From a virus: 64,000 bases of DNA. Both the position numbers and the translations under genes were made by a program. This document shows positions 8,998-18,848 of this stretch, in pieces (position 1 is the stretch's first letter; each line of letters begins with the position of its first letter). The stretch lies in IMG/VR virus record IMGVR_UViG_2878651225_000003, one strand, 5' to 3'. The notes under the pieces are model-generated. The model did no database searches, was not told where the DNA came from, and saw only the letters and a list, made by a program, of their open reading frames with translations.

Positions 8998-11709
8998 TTA
9001 AGTAAAAGCTCCGCCAGCACGTAAGTTATTCATTATTCGCCGATCTGCTGCGCTCTCTGCTATCTTATTCATTGTCTCGATCAGCTCTACAGTCAGCTTC
9101 ACTTGCCCATTTTCTTCTGATTGGGTCACTTTTGCTTTCATTGGCTGCCCATAGTTATTTACTTCTACCTTGATAGGCTTGTTTTGTGTGGTGGTGTGGA
9201 CTGTTGGCAGGCTCATACCACCACCGCCGGAGAATCCTCTTGAGCGTTTTTGGTAGTTCAACATATCCAAATAATCAACACCTAAGCGACTTGTGGCTTC
9301 TTTCGTCAGTACATATTCGCCCTTATGAACTATTCCTGCGGGTTGATATTTGCCACCGTAGCCGGTAAAACCGCCATCATCAAAGCCTGCCAAACCGCCA
9401 TGCGCAAAAACAAACCCGCCATCAGATTTCCCACCCATCCATGACATATCAAAACCAAGGGCTTTACCGCCAGCTTTAAGAGCATTAAATATCATCATCT
9501 TGATAATCATATTAGATATGTCTTTAATGATAGATTTTGCCAATCCTCGGAAGTCCGCTTTCCCCGTCATTACCAAATCAGTTAAGGCACCACTCATACC
9601 GCCCAATGCTTGTTGTGTGATTTGTGACACATTACCCATAACATCCATTGCGGAATCACCAAACTTAGCAAAGCCATCTTTAAGCCCTGCTATTGGATCG
9701 GCTTGCGTCAGCTCCTTGAGCTTAAATAGCTTTTCTTGTTGCTTTTTGACCAGCTCGTATTGCTTAGTTAATTCAGATTGATATTGCGGAGATAGCTGGA
9801 TCATCAGCTTTTGATATTCCATCTCTAGCTGATTGGCAGCGGTTAGCTTTTCTCTTTCGCTGGCAAGTAAGCCAATCATGCTTATTTCATCAGTCTGAGC
9901 TTGGATTTTCTGCTTCTGAGCGGTGATAAAATCACGAATCTGATCTACTTCGGATTTGCCGCGTCCTTTTTTCTTTTCGCTGCTAAGATTAGATAAAGCG
10001 GAAGATACACCCCCTTGAGATAAGTCAACCGGATCATCTTGAGCATTTGCTTCTTTGCCTCTTAATCCAGCTTGAGCGAGGTATTCATTCAGACCTTGAC
10101 CCAATCCGCCTAAGTAGTCTTTGCTATTGGCGATGTTATAAATCTTGTCTAATTCTTTTTTAAATGATTTCTCTGCTTCTGTTGGTGGCAAAATAAAATC
10201 ATCTAGCCTTACTTGCCAGCCTGACGTATCTACCAACCCGCCATCTTTACCAAATGATTTAGCAATATAATTTAGTAGCTCTATTGGTGCTTTAAGAAAA
10301 TCAATGATCTTGTTAACGCCCATTTCCACAAGTTTAACCAATCCATTAATCGCCGCTTTTCCAAAACTTCTCATTGCCACCGGGAAATTACTCCAGATTA
10401 ATTTGATCGATTGATAGCTAAAATCAAAGATACCAATAAACCGATTCCCAATATGTTTTCCAGCGGCTAAAAGCTCATTAAGGGATTGTGAAACAGTGGG
10501 CACTATATCGCCGAAATATTTGCCTACCTCTTGGGTAGCTGTATCAAAGGTGCTTTTTAACCAACTTCCAGCATCCGAAATGGCATCTTTGAAATCCATC
10601 CAAACGCCTGTAGCCACATCGCCCCATGTTGTTTGTAGTACATCAGAACCAAACTGGAGATCCGATATAAACTGATCGAACACATACGCCGCACCAATTA
10701 CACCGGCAACAAATAACCCTAACGGATTTTTAAATAATGCGGTTGTCGTACCATTTATAGCTACGGTCAACCTATTAAAGCCCGTTGCCATTAATCCCAC
10801 ACCTTGAAGATTTGCCCTAAATTTTGTTGCGGATGAAATTAGATTAAAAGAAGTGTAAGCGGATGCTGCGTACAATGTCGCTTTAGCCAGCGTATCAAAG
10901 TTTAATGCTAGCGTGGATATAAGCCCGGCAAGTCCTCCCATGACCCCGGTAGATGATTCAATCCCGCCAACCCATGACATAACACTATCTTTCATTTGTG
11001 TCATGGCTTTGCCGAATGTAATAGGCAATTCATTAAACTCAGCTTCAATCTTTTCCCTTGCGGATCTCATGGACTCAACAATAATTTGAGAAGTAATAAC
11101 TCCCTCGCTTGATAATTTTCTAACCTCGGCAGCACTTTTCCCCATATATTCGGCAACTACTTCAAGAATAATCGGGGCATTTTCAGAAATAGAGCGGAAC
11201 TCATCACCTTGTAACCGCCCAGAACCTAATGCCTGTGAGAGTTGATAAAGCGCTGCCGATTGTTCTTGTGCGCTTCGTCCACCCAGTGCCATTGCTTTAT
11301 TTAAAGTTTCGGTGAAATCTAAAACTCGCTGTTGACTATAGCCATACTCTTTTAATGCCCTTGTCGAACGTGTATATAAAGAGATTGTTTCATTCATTCC
11401 GGCGTAGGTATGCTGTGAAATATTAAATAATTCACGTTGCACTTGTTTATATTCTTGGGTTGAGGTTGTTACTAACCTAATTTGAGAATTTAAACTCTTC
11501 ATGGTGTCAGACATTTGAATTAGTGAGTTAATTCCACCAATCCCCATTCCTACTGCCATCAATGATTTTAAATCTCTAACCATTTTCAATAATGAATTAA
11601 CAGATTTCTCCGTTTTTCCCGCTTGAAGTTCGATCGTTTTTAATTCATCAGTGACCTTTACCGCGCCAGTTGATGAAATTTGAATACTTAATTTTGCGAA
11701 GTCTGCCAT
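8998..11709 (-). CDS. phage tail tape measure protein
   Basis: 903 aa with a helical N-terminal half, a GxxxG-rich hydrophobic core, and a C-terminal region paralogous to the TMP at 56794. Confidence 0.8.
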   Translation of the reverse strand: MADFAKLSIQISSTGAVKVTDELKTIELQAGKTEKSVNSLLKMVRDLKSLMAVGMGIGGINSLIQMSDTMKSLNSQIRLVTTSTQEYKQVQRELFNISQHTYAGMNETISLYTRSTRALKEYGYSQQRVLDFTETLNKAMALGGRSAQEQSAALYQLSQALGSGRLQGDEFRSISENAPIILEVVAEYMGKSAAEVRKLSSEGVITSQIIVESMRSAREKIEAEFNELPITFGKAMTQMKDSVMSWVGGIESSTGVMGGLAGLISTLALNFDTLAKATLYAASAYTSFNLISSATKFRANLQGVGLMATGFNRLTVAINGTTTALFKNPLGLFVAGVIGAAYVFDQFISDLQFGSDVLQTTWGDVATGVWMDFKDAISDAGSWLKSTFDTATQEVGKYFGDIVPTVSQSLNELLAAGKHIGNRFIGIFDFSYQSIKLIWSNFPVAMRSFGKAAINGLVKLVEMGVNKIIDFLKAPIELLNYIAKSFGKDGGLVDTSGWQVRLDDFILPPTEAEKSFKKELDKIYNIANSKDYLGGLGQGLNEYLAQAGLRGKEANAQDDPVDLSQGGVSSALSNLSSEKKKGRGKSEVDQIRDFITAQKQKIQAQTDEISMIGLLASEREKLTAANQLEMEYQKLMIQLSPQYQSELTKQYELVKKQQEKLFKLKELTQADPIAGLKDGFAKFGDSAMDVMGNVSQITQQALGGMSGALTDLVMTGKADFRGLAKSIIKDISNMIIKMMIFNALKAGGKALGFDMSWMGGKSDGGFVFAHGGLAGFDDGGFTGYGGKYQPAGIVHKGEYVLTKEATSRLGVDYLDMLNYQKRSRGFSGGGGMSLPTVHTTTQNKPIKVEVNNYGQPMKAKVTQSEENGQVKLTVELIETMNKIAESAADRRIMNNLRAGGAFT

Positions 11710-11711
11710 GA

Positions 11712-12092
11712 TTAATTCTCCTTGGTTTTACTCTTAACCGCACCAAATCCACGATTATCTATCACCCTTGTCTTGTAGCTGTGACAGTCACGGCATAAGG
11801 CTTGATGATTGTCAGCCGCCCAAAACAGCGGATCGGCTTGACCGTTCTCAATTGGCTTAATGTGGTCTATCACCGTTGCCGGCGTGTATTTGCCTTTGGT
11901 TAAGCACATCACACATAGCGGGTGCGCCTTGAGGTATTGCGCCCGGTATTTGCTCCAACGGCTATCGTAGCCACGCTGTGCGGCGGATGGGCGGTTATCC
12001 TTGGGCTTGTGTTCGTCACACCGTCCGAACCGCACTTTGTTACGGCAACCGGGATAGGTGCAACGCCGTAATGGCTGAAAGGGCATAAGCAA
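11712..12092 (-). CDS. phage-associated HNH endonuclease
   Basis: C...C ... VIDHIKPIENGQADPLFWAADNHQALCRDCH: Cys/His HNH zinc motif. Confidence 0.8.
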   Translation of the reverse strand: MLMPFQPLRRCTYPGCRNKVRFGRCDEHKPKDNRPSAAQRGYDSRWSKYRAQYLKAHPLCVMCLTKGKYTPATVIDHIKPIENGQADPLFWAADNHQALCRDCHSYKTRVIDNRGFGAVKSKTKEN

Positions 12093-12097
12093 TCACC

Positions 12098-12409
12098 TCA
12101 ATATAAACCGGGTTCACGGTACACATTCCATAACGCGCTAATCGACATTGGCACGGCATGCAGTGGGGTATCGGTAGTGATTTCCCGATTGGCGTACAAA
12201 TGCCCGACATACATCAAACAGCCAATCTTGATAGACTGATTAAAGGGTACCGTCTTATCGGTCAGACTATCGCCAAAAGTTTTACCGATATGTGTCTGTG
12301 CCACCTCAAGGGCGGCCGCGATATAACCCTGAATCAAATTGTTGTCCATATCGTGATCGACAATTAACTGCGCTTTAGCTTCGTCTAAGCTGATTAAACT
12401 ACCGGGCAT
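12098..12409 (-). CDS. gp6-like head-tail connector protein
   Basis: ISLDEAKAQLIVDHDMDNNLIQGYIAAALEVAQTHIG is typical of the Phage_connect_1 N-terminus. Confidence 0.65.
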   Translation of the reverse strand: MPGSLISLDEAKAQLIVDHDMDNNLIQGYIAAALEVAQTHIGKTFGDSLTDKTVPFNQSIKIGCLMYVGHLYANREITTDTPLHAVPMSISALWNVYREPGLY

Positions 12410-12740
12410 AGGCTTCCCCCTCTTTACACATCAATTGAATTTCTCGGTGACTTTCTCGGCTGTCTATCACCGAATAAATCGCCAATAGGCGATCACCGTA
12501 TTTCAACCGCATTTTATTGGTGATGTTCGGCAGATAGCGAATGCGCACCCGGATAATGTTTTCTCCCAATTGATAAGGCCCGCTAAAGTATTCCCGTCCT
12601 TGTAAGGGTTCGATAGCGGCGTGAACGGTAGTCACGTCTTCCCATGTGGTCGTATGGTGTCCGTAATTGTTCGGTGTGCTAATCGGGCGTTGGATTGTGA
12701 CCTGCTTGTTATAGCGTCCTGCCTTAATCATTCTTGCCAT
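12399..12740 (-). CDS. phage head closure / head-tail adaptor protein
   Basis: 113 aa, Phage_H_T_join-like (…TTWEDVTTVHAAIEPLQGREYF…RVRIRY…). Confidence 0.6.
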   Translation of the reverse strand: MARMIKAGRYNKQVTIQRPISTPNNYGHHTTTWEDVTTVHAAIEPLQGREYFSGPYQLGENIIRVRIRYLPNITNKMRLKYGDRLLAIYSVIDSRESHREIQLMCKEGEAYAR

Positions 12741-13955
12741 CGTTCGCCCCTTTCTTGCTATCGCCTTTTTTCACTTCGACGGTCTGCTTCCATGCTTGAC
12801 TAAATTCATCACCACCGGCATACGGGGTTAACCCCTCTTTACGGCGAACTTCATTCGGGCACATCACGCCGGATTTAATCGCCACATCGTAACTATCGAA
12901 GCGGTCGTTCTGACTGGTACGCAATAAATCGCTGGTGTCAAATTCGATTAAATAGCGCGGTGAAGTGCGGTTCAAATCCACCATTAACGCGTCTTTTAAC
13001 TGCTGCTCGAAGTTGGTTAACCACGGGCGCAAGGTTTGCGATAAAAAGGCTCTGCTGGCTTCGCTGAAATTGCTGTAGCTGCTGTTGGAATAGTCTTGTA
13101 AAAAATCGGACTGATATTGAAAATTCGGGCAATATCGCTAATCGTGAAAGTACGGCTCTGTAGCCATTCCGCATCTTGGTTTGTCATGCCAAGCTGTTTA
13201 TACTCCATTGAGCCTTCCAGCACTGGGGTTTTCCCAGCATTGGCGGCACCACGATAACGATCAAGCGATTTTAACGTTTTTTCACCCTTAACGCCGTCTA
13301 ACCATTCCGCTGTCGTAATAATCCCACTGGGCATTAAGCCGTTTTTCATCACCGCCGATCCATGGCGTTGCTGTGCTAATCCCAGCCCAATGGTTTCCCG
13401 GCAAATCGTAATCGGCGAACGCCCGATAAAGCCGTCATCGGACGAGTGGCGCAAGTGTAAAATCTCGTCCTGTAGATAGGTTTTGACCTTGCCACTTAAA
13501 TCAGTGATTTGATAAATATAGCTGCCGTCGGCCTTACGCTGAATATTAACCGCACTTGGGGGGTATGGCGTTAACGATAACGGCTCACCGCTTTTATCCC
13601 ACTCAATCACCGCATAGGCATTACCATTTAACAAACAGTGCCTCATCATCGTGTATTTGAACTGGTACGGCGTTTGATTGCGGTTCGGCATTTCATTCAG
13701 CAAGAAATCCACCGCACTGTTAAATACCCGTTCCCGTCCGTCTTTTTCCAAGCGATACAGATAACAGGGCATAGCAGCCACCGCTTCACTGATCACCGTG
13801 ACCGCATTCAATACCGCAGGCAAGGCTTCGGCCGTGGACGGGCTGACAAATTCCCCCGCGCCGGTATTGCTTGCCCCGAGATAAGATAAATACTCGTCAA
13901 CGGTGAACGCATTGCGTTGTTCCGTTTTGCGTTTAAATAAACCAAACATGATCAC
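12724..13955 (-). pseudogene. HK97-family portal gene interrupted by a -1 frameshift in an A6/T6 run (~13101-13106)
   Basis: The N-terminal 312 aa (13017..13955) end ...DIARIFNISPIF. The conserved portal C-terminus, YSNSSYSNFSEASRAFLSQTLRPWLTNFEQQ..., continues in another frame (12724..13032). Adding one T would restore a single reading frame. Confidence 0.75.
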
Positions 13956-14500
13956 ACCTCAGCCAAATCCGCCCACCGCTGATAAAGTGCGGTAGGGTTC
14001 TGTTGTTTTCGGGCTTCTGCCATTGAGCGCTGGGCGATTTGAACACTGTTTTCCGGATAGGCGGGAATGCTGGTTATAGTGATTTCTACCAGCTCGGCAC
14101 GATTGACGGTGCGCAACATCGGCTCCTGTTCAAAATCCCACGAATCGGACAGGGTACGGAAACCGAACGACATACCGGAAATATCGCCACGTTCAACCGA
14201 TACCAGCAAATCACGCCCTAATGTGGTGTCTGGCGGTACTAACTCAAAACGTAAGCCGGTGTTATCTTCCACCAGCGATAACGTACCTGCCGCAGTTCTG
14301 CCCAGTAATTTAGTGTGATCGTGTTCAAACAACGCCCGCACGTCTTGCCCCTCGGCCAGTGATTCCGCAAACGCATTGGGCGCGAACTGCTCGACAAAAT
14401 CCCATAGCGGTTTAGATTGGCTGTTCCAACGCACCACATAGCCGATTAATTTTTGATTATCACAACTGATTTCTGATGACCGGGTTTCAAATTCTTTCAT
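13952..14500 (-). CDS. HK97-family prohead protease
   Basis: ...RALFEHDHTKLLGRTAAGTLSLVEDNTGLRFE... is a conserved prohead protease (S78) motif. Confidence 0.85.
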   Translation of the reverse strand: MKEFETRSSEISCDNQKLIGYVVRWNSQSKPLWDFVEQFAPNAFAESLAEGQDVRALFEHDHTKLLGRTAAGTLSLVEDNTGLRFELVPPDTTLGRDLLVSVERGDISGMSFGFRTLSDSWDFEQEPMLRTVNRAELVEITITSIPAYPENSVQIAQRSMAEARKQQNPTALYQRWADLAEV

Positions 14501-14551
14501 ACTGTCCCCACTGATAAAAAAGGGGACTTGCCGCCCCCTGATTCCCTCGGC

Positions 14552-15733
14552 TTATGCCTTGGTTTCAATAAATTTGATGGCGTTGGAATCCACCACGCCA
14601 CCGCCTAAATATTTATCGGTGTGGACTTTATAAAAGCCCGGTGAGGTGATGCTATCCGGACGCGTACGGACGCCGGTTTCATGATCCACAATGTAATAAC
14701 CGCGCTTGAAGTCACCCAAGGCGATCACCGCTTTACCTGCGCCGCCTGTCGGCATGGTTTCCAAATAGTGAACCGGTAAGCCTAACAGGGTGGCGGGCGC
14801 ACCGGCAGATAACCCATCACGCCAGATATAATCACCGTTACCGTTTTTCAGTTTTTGAAGTTGAGCGGCAATCGCTGAACTCATCACCCACACCGCATTT
14901 TTACGATATTTACTGTGTAACGTATAAAGCAGATCAATCAAGCTATCGGCGGTAATCCCTGCGGCGTTCGCCACTTCCAATTTTTGAAGTGTGCCAAAAG
15001 CACGCGTTTTATCGGCGGTGGTCGCACGGGTATTGGTTAATAAACCTTTCGCTTTTTTATCGCCGTCACCGTCGGTTAAATCGGTTTCTTCGGTTTCGGT
15101 AAAGGTTTCGCTGATTTCTTCCGTCAGCCAGCCCAGCACATCAATTGAGCTGAAATCCAAGATTTCTTGGGTGGTTTTCGGATAGGCATAAATCGCATTT
15201 AAGGCGATAGTGACTTCATTCAGTTTCGGCGTATTGGTTTCCGTGCGTGCTGTGCCTTCCGTTCCGTGTTGAACCGTGGCACCACCGGCAGAAACCAATT
15301 TTTTATACTCTTTTGCCCCCATCGGCAAACGCACCACATGACAAATTTGACGCATAACGCTGTCATCGGTCAAACGGGTCATGACTTGCTTATCCAACTG
15401 CGGAATAACCGAATAGCCGCCGTCATCTTTGGCGGTGGTGGACAGTGAACGCAATTCGCCCGTTTTGATGTAGTGGCGCAAATCGTCATTGTTTAATGGT
15501 GCCTGCTTGGTTTCTACCGGCTGCCCCTGCTTACTGCGCTCTTCATCGGCTAACGATTCATAGCGCGCAATATCGGTATTCAGTGCGGTCACTTGGTTAC
15601 GCAATTCGTCAAAGGTTTTTGCTTCCTCATCGCTTAAACTGCGGTTTTCGGTATCGGCTTGGGTCAGCATATTGCGCATATCCTCAGCCAGTTTTGCCTT
15701 TTGTTGGCGTAATTCGAGTAATTTTTTAAACAT
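14552..15733 (-). CDS. HK97-family major capsid protein
   Basis: N-terminal coiled-coil delta domain, GGYSVIPQ, LTDGDGDKKAKGLL, and C-terminal FIETKA. This is the HK97 gp5 architecture. Confidence 0.9.
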   Translation of the reverse strand: MFKKLLELRQQKAKLAEDMRNMLTQADTENRSLSDEEAKTFDELRNQVTALNTDIARYESLADEERSKQGQPVETKQAPLNNDDLRHYIKTGELRSLSTTAKDDGGYSVIPQLDKQVMTRLTDDSVMRQICHVVRLPMGAKEYKKLVSAGGATVQHGTEGTARTETNTPKLNEVTIALNAIYAYPKTTQEILDFSSIDVLGWLTEEISETFTETEETDLTDGDGDKKAKGLLTNTRATTADKTRAFGTLQKLEVANAAGITADSLIDLLYTLHSKYRKNAVWVMSSAIAAQLQKLKNGNGDYIWRDGLSAGAPATLLGLPVHYLETMPTGGAGKAVIALGDFKRGYYIVDHETGVRTRPDSITSPGFYKVHTDKYLGGGVVDSNAIKFIETKA

Positions 15734-15959
15734 GGTGATTAATCCCTTGAAAGTTATCTTAATTAAGACGGCTACAAGTAGCCCATATCATAAGATAAAC
15801 ACTTCTAAGATGTTGTAAATAGAGGGTTTTTAAAGCGATAGGGTGCGAAAGAGTACGAACAAGGAATTTACAAAACTATTTAAGGGTAACTGGCTTTTTT
15901 CACAAATTGATCGTGTTTTTCGATCTTACTTTTGCCAAGGAATGAAATTGATAAATCTA

Positions 15960-16080
15960 TTTTTACCCCCTTATCTATTCTTTATCTATTTATTCATCTA
16001 CTTCTATTTTTTCTTTAGAAATCAAAAAAATAAATATATATAAGAGTAAATAAATAGATAAGTAGATAAGAATCTAAAAG
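15960..16080. repeat. AT-rich imperfect inverted repeat built from TTATCTA(T/C) motifs
   Basis: ttatctattctttatctatttattcatctac ... gtagataagtagataagaatcta, located between the int terminator and the capsid gene start. Confidence 0.5.
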
Positions 16081-16099
16081 TTTCAAAAAAATATATGAG

Positions 16100-16131
16100 C
16101 ATATAAAAAAGCCAACCTTAAAGGCTGGCTA
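16100..16131 (-). terminator. rho-independent terminator downstream of island integrase
   Basis: agccagcctttaaggttggct hairpin followed by ttttttat on the minus strand. Confidence 0.55.
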
Positions 16132-16145
16132 GTGCTTCTCTTGGC

Positions 16146-17420
16146 TTAAGCATTGACAACTTGAAGATGAAACTTTGGTATAACGTTTTGTGCTGATTGT
16201 TCGACATAATCGCCCCACCACTGAAGCATATCAAAACGATGTGGCAGATATTCAGCTCTCAAGTAAGCCATGCGGACATCATCGTTATTAATATGTGATA
16301 AGGCTACCTCGATTAAATCTTTATCAAATCGGCGTAAACCGTCTGGCGTTCTGGCTTCGTTCAAGACTGTGCTGGCAATTGCGCGCATACCGTGCGCCAC
16401 CAGCTTGCCTTGGTACCCAATTCTTTTAATGGCGGCGTTTGCCGTCTGCGTGTTTATGTGGGTTGCTGGGTTTTTAATGCTTGGGAATAAATACGTTTTG
16501 CCACCACTGATTTTTTTGATTTCACGAAGAACTGCGATAGCTTGCTTTGATAGCGTAACTTTATGTTCTCGCCCCTCGTCGGTAGTTTTTAAGCCTTTTT
16601 GAATGTAGATAGTCCATATTCTTTCTTTCTCGTTTATATCGCTGTAGCGCGCTGTGGCGGCTTCTGCTGGGCGTGTCATTGTCAGCAGTTGCCATTGAAT
16701 TAAAAGCCGCGTAGTGAGCGTTAAATTAGCGTTTGCGAGGGCTGTCAAAAATTCGCCCAATTGTTCCGGCTTGATTGCTTTCATGTGGGTAACGGTTGGA
16801 CTGTCAAATTCTTTTCCAATGTTGGCAATTGGATTGTTTTCAATAATTCCCCGGTGTAAGGCGTAAGTCATGATTTCATTCATTTTCTGAATTGCGCGTT
16901 TTAAGGTTTCCAGTGTTCCACGGATTTGTAGCGGCTTAAACGCATTGATAGCCATAAGTGCGGTAATTTGTGTTATTGGCAATTCGCCAAAGTGGGGCAG
17001 TATATGGCGCTCGATCATGCTCCAAGTATCGGCGGCGGTTTTTGCTGAAAAGTGGGCGCGAGTTCTGCGTTCTTCAAACCATGCGGCGGCAATTTTGGCA
17101 AACGTATTGTTATCTGCCTGTTGTTGCCGTTCTATTTCTTGTTGTTGGTGGAGTTGCGGATCGATATTTTGAGCTAGCAATGCTTTAAATTCCTCCCGCT
17201 TGGATCTTGCTTGAGCAAGAGAAAGATCAGGATAATTATTTAGGCTGATATAAGTGCGGTTTTTAGTTATCGGCTTGTAATAATTAAATTGCCATGTTTT
17301 CACCCCGTTGGGTTTCACCAACAAATACAAGCCGCCACCATCGGCAAGATGATACGGCTTTTCTAATGGTTTTGCTTTATCAACTTGTGTATTGGTTAAC
17401 CTCTTAACAATCCTAGCCAT
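16146..17420 (-). CDS. int: tyrosine recombinase / integrase (P4-type)
   Basis: 424 aa with an N-terminal arm-binding domain (GGGLYLLVKPNG.KTWQFNY) and C-terminal catalytic residues (…HGMRAIAST…RAEYL). Confidence 0.9.
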   Translation of the reverse strand: MARIVKRLTNTQVDKAKPLEKPYHLADGGGLYLLVKPNGVKTWQFNYYKPITKNRTYISLNNYPDLSLAQARSKREEFKALLAQNIDPQLHQQQEIERQQQADNNTFAKIAAAWFEERRTRAHFSAKTAADTWSMIERHILPHFGELPITQITALMAINAFKPLQIRGTLETLKRAIQKMNEIMTYALHRGIIENNPIANIGKEFDSPTVTHMKAIKPEQLGEFLTALANANLTLTTRLLIQWQLLTMTRPAEAATARYSDINEKERIWTIYIQKGLKTTDEGREHKVTLSKQAIAVLREIKKISGGKTYLFPSIKNPATHINTQTANAAIKRIGYQGKLVAHGMRAIASTVLNEARTPDGLRRFDKDLIEVALSHINNDDVRMAYLRAEYLPHRFDMLQWWGDYVEQSAQNVIPKFHLQVVNA

Positions 17421-17436
17421 ATCAAGCCTCCGGGCG

Positions 17437-17495
17437 TTTTTAGTAATACGGTTTTTAGTAATACGATCGGCATATTACTAAACGTATTACTAAAA
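17437..17495. promoter_or_regulatory. four copies of a TAGTAATACG motif (two direct, two inverted). Candidate integrase arm-type or operator sites.
   Basis: tttttagtaatacggtttttagtaatacga…catattactaaacgtattactaaaac lies immediately upstream of the int start. Confidence 0.45.
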
Positions 17496-17603
17496 CTCTA
17501 GTTTTAAGACGAAAAGAAACGGTAAGCTACGAACAAGAAAAAAGCCTAGAGGCTTGTATTCTCTAGGCTTTCCGATAAGTTACGAACAGTAACGATATAT
17601 TTT

Positions 17604-17630
17604 TGGTGGAGCTGGCGGGAGTTGAACCCG
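17604..17630 (-). other. ssrA: 3'-terminal fragment of ssrA (tmRNA): attachment-site core
   Basis: The minus strand reads CGGGTTCAACTCCCGCCAGCTCCACCA, matching the tmRNA T-arm/acceptor/CCA 3' end. The rest of ssrA is absent. A hairpin plus T-run terminator lies just downstream on the minus strand (17535-17575). Confidence 0.7.
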
Positions 17631-17681
17631 TGAGCTGAAAGGCGGTATCTTATTGATATTTAAATTGAATTTTTAATAGGC

Positions 17682-18848
17682 TTATCCTTGCGGATCATAT
17701 ACGGCTCTTTCTACATTACCCTGATACTCTTTGAGATAAGATCCATAGGTGCGGAAAAGCATTTCAGGTCCTTTATGTCCCATTTGTCTTGATAACCAAA
17801 ACAGATTAATTCCCCTGCTAATGTGCATTGTAGCAAAGGTGTGGCGAGTTTGATAGGGATTGCGGTAACGAATACCTGCCTTCTTTAGCGTTGGCACCCA
17901 CGCTTTTTTGCGGATAGCGTCTGCGCCCGCCCATGGTTTTTTGGTTTTTGGATCGCTGAAAACATGATCGTGTTTGTTTGTGAAATCTTTTTGATCTAAC
18001 AGGGCAGAAAGAGCGAGGGTATCAAGTTCTATTATTCGATTGCCAGCTTTCGTTTTAGTGCCTTTGATTACGCCGACAACCTTTGCTTTTTGTATGTGGG
18101 CGGTTTTTGCGTTGAAATCAATATCTACCCAACGCAATGCACAGAGTTCAGAGCTACGCAAGCCGGTTCTGAGTGCAAATAAGAATAGATTTCGCCATTG
18201 TTGGTAGCGGCAATTGTCTAAAATTAATTGCACTTCTTCAGGTGTAAATGGATCAACTTCGTATTCATCATCTGAATTGCCGTCCTGTTTTTTAGCTTTA
18301 TAGCGATCAACAGTAACAGTGGCAACCGGATTAATTTGAATTACACCATCCATGACCGCTTCATCGACTGCTGAACGTAATACAGATAGCTTATTACGGA
18401 TTGTTTTAGATGTTGTATTTTGCTGCTTGATCCAATTTTTCACCATTGCAGGGGTGAGTTGGGACACGACTACTGAATGGAAATGCGCTAGACCGTTGAT
18501 AACTTTTAAATATCCATCAAGAGTAGAGGGGGATAAATTACGTTTTCTGCATGTTTCAACATACTCATTGAGATAATGTAATACAGTTACTCCTTCGATC
18601 ATTTTACCAAACAGTTTTAGCTTTGGAGATGTAGGAAAGTAGTCAGCGTAGTGAAAAGTATTCCGTTCTATCTTGTTTTGAATTTCACCCAATAATCGGG
18701 CGGCATAATTAATATTTGATTGAGTAACGGGTAAATTTAACGGCTCTCGGCAGCGTACACCACGAAATGTAAATGTAATATTAATGGTTTCTCTACTTTT
18801 ATGTTTGCGAATAGTTATGCCGCGTGGATTTTGTTTTTTCTCGCCCAT
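17682..18848 (-). CDS. int: tyrosine integrase of lambdoid prophage
   Basis: 388 aa with an N-terminal arm-binding domain and C-terminal ...RHTFATMHISRGINLFWLSRQMGH...Y catalytic region. Confidence 0.9.
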   Translation of the reverse strand: MGEKKQNPRGITIRKHKSRETINITFTFRGVRCREPLNLPVTQSNINYAARLLGEIQNKIERNTFHYADYFPTSPKLKLFGKMIEGVTVLHYLNEYVETCRKRNLSPSTLDGYLKVINGLAHFHSVVVSQLTPAMVKNWIKQQNTTSKTIRNKLSVLRSAVDEAVMDGVIQINPVATVTVDRYKAKKQDGNSDDEYEVDPFTPEEVQLILDNCRYQQWRNLFLFALRTGLRSSELCALRWVDIDFNAKTAHIQKAKVVGVIKGTKTKAGNRIIELDTLALSALLDQKDFTNKHDHVFSDPKTKKPWAGADAIRKKAWVPTLKKAGIRYRNPYQTRHTFATMHISRGINLFWLSRQMGHKGPEMLFRTYGSYLKEYQGNVERAVYDPQG

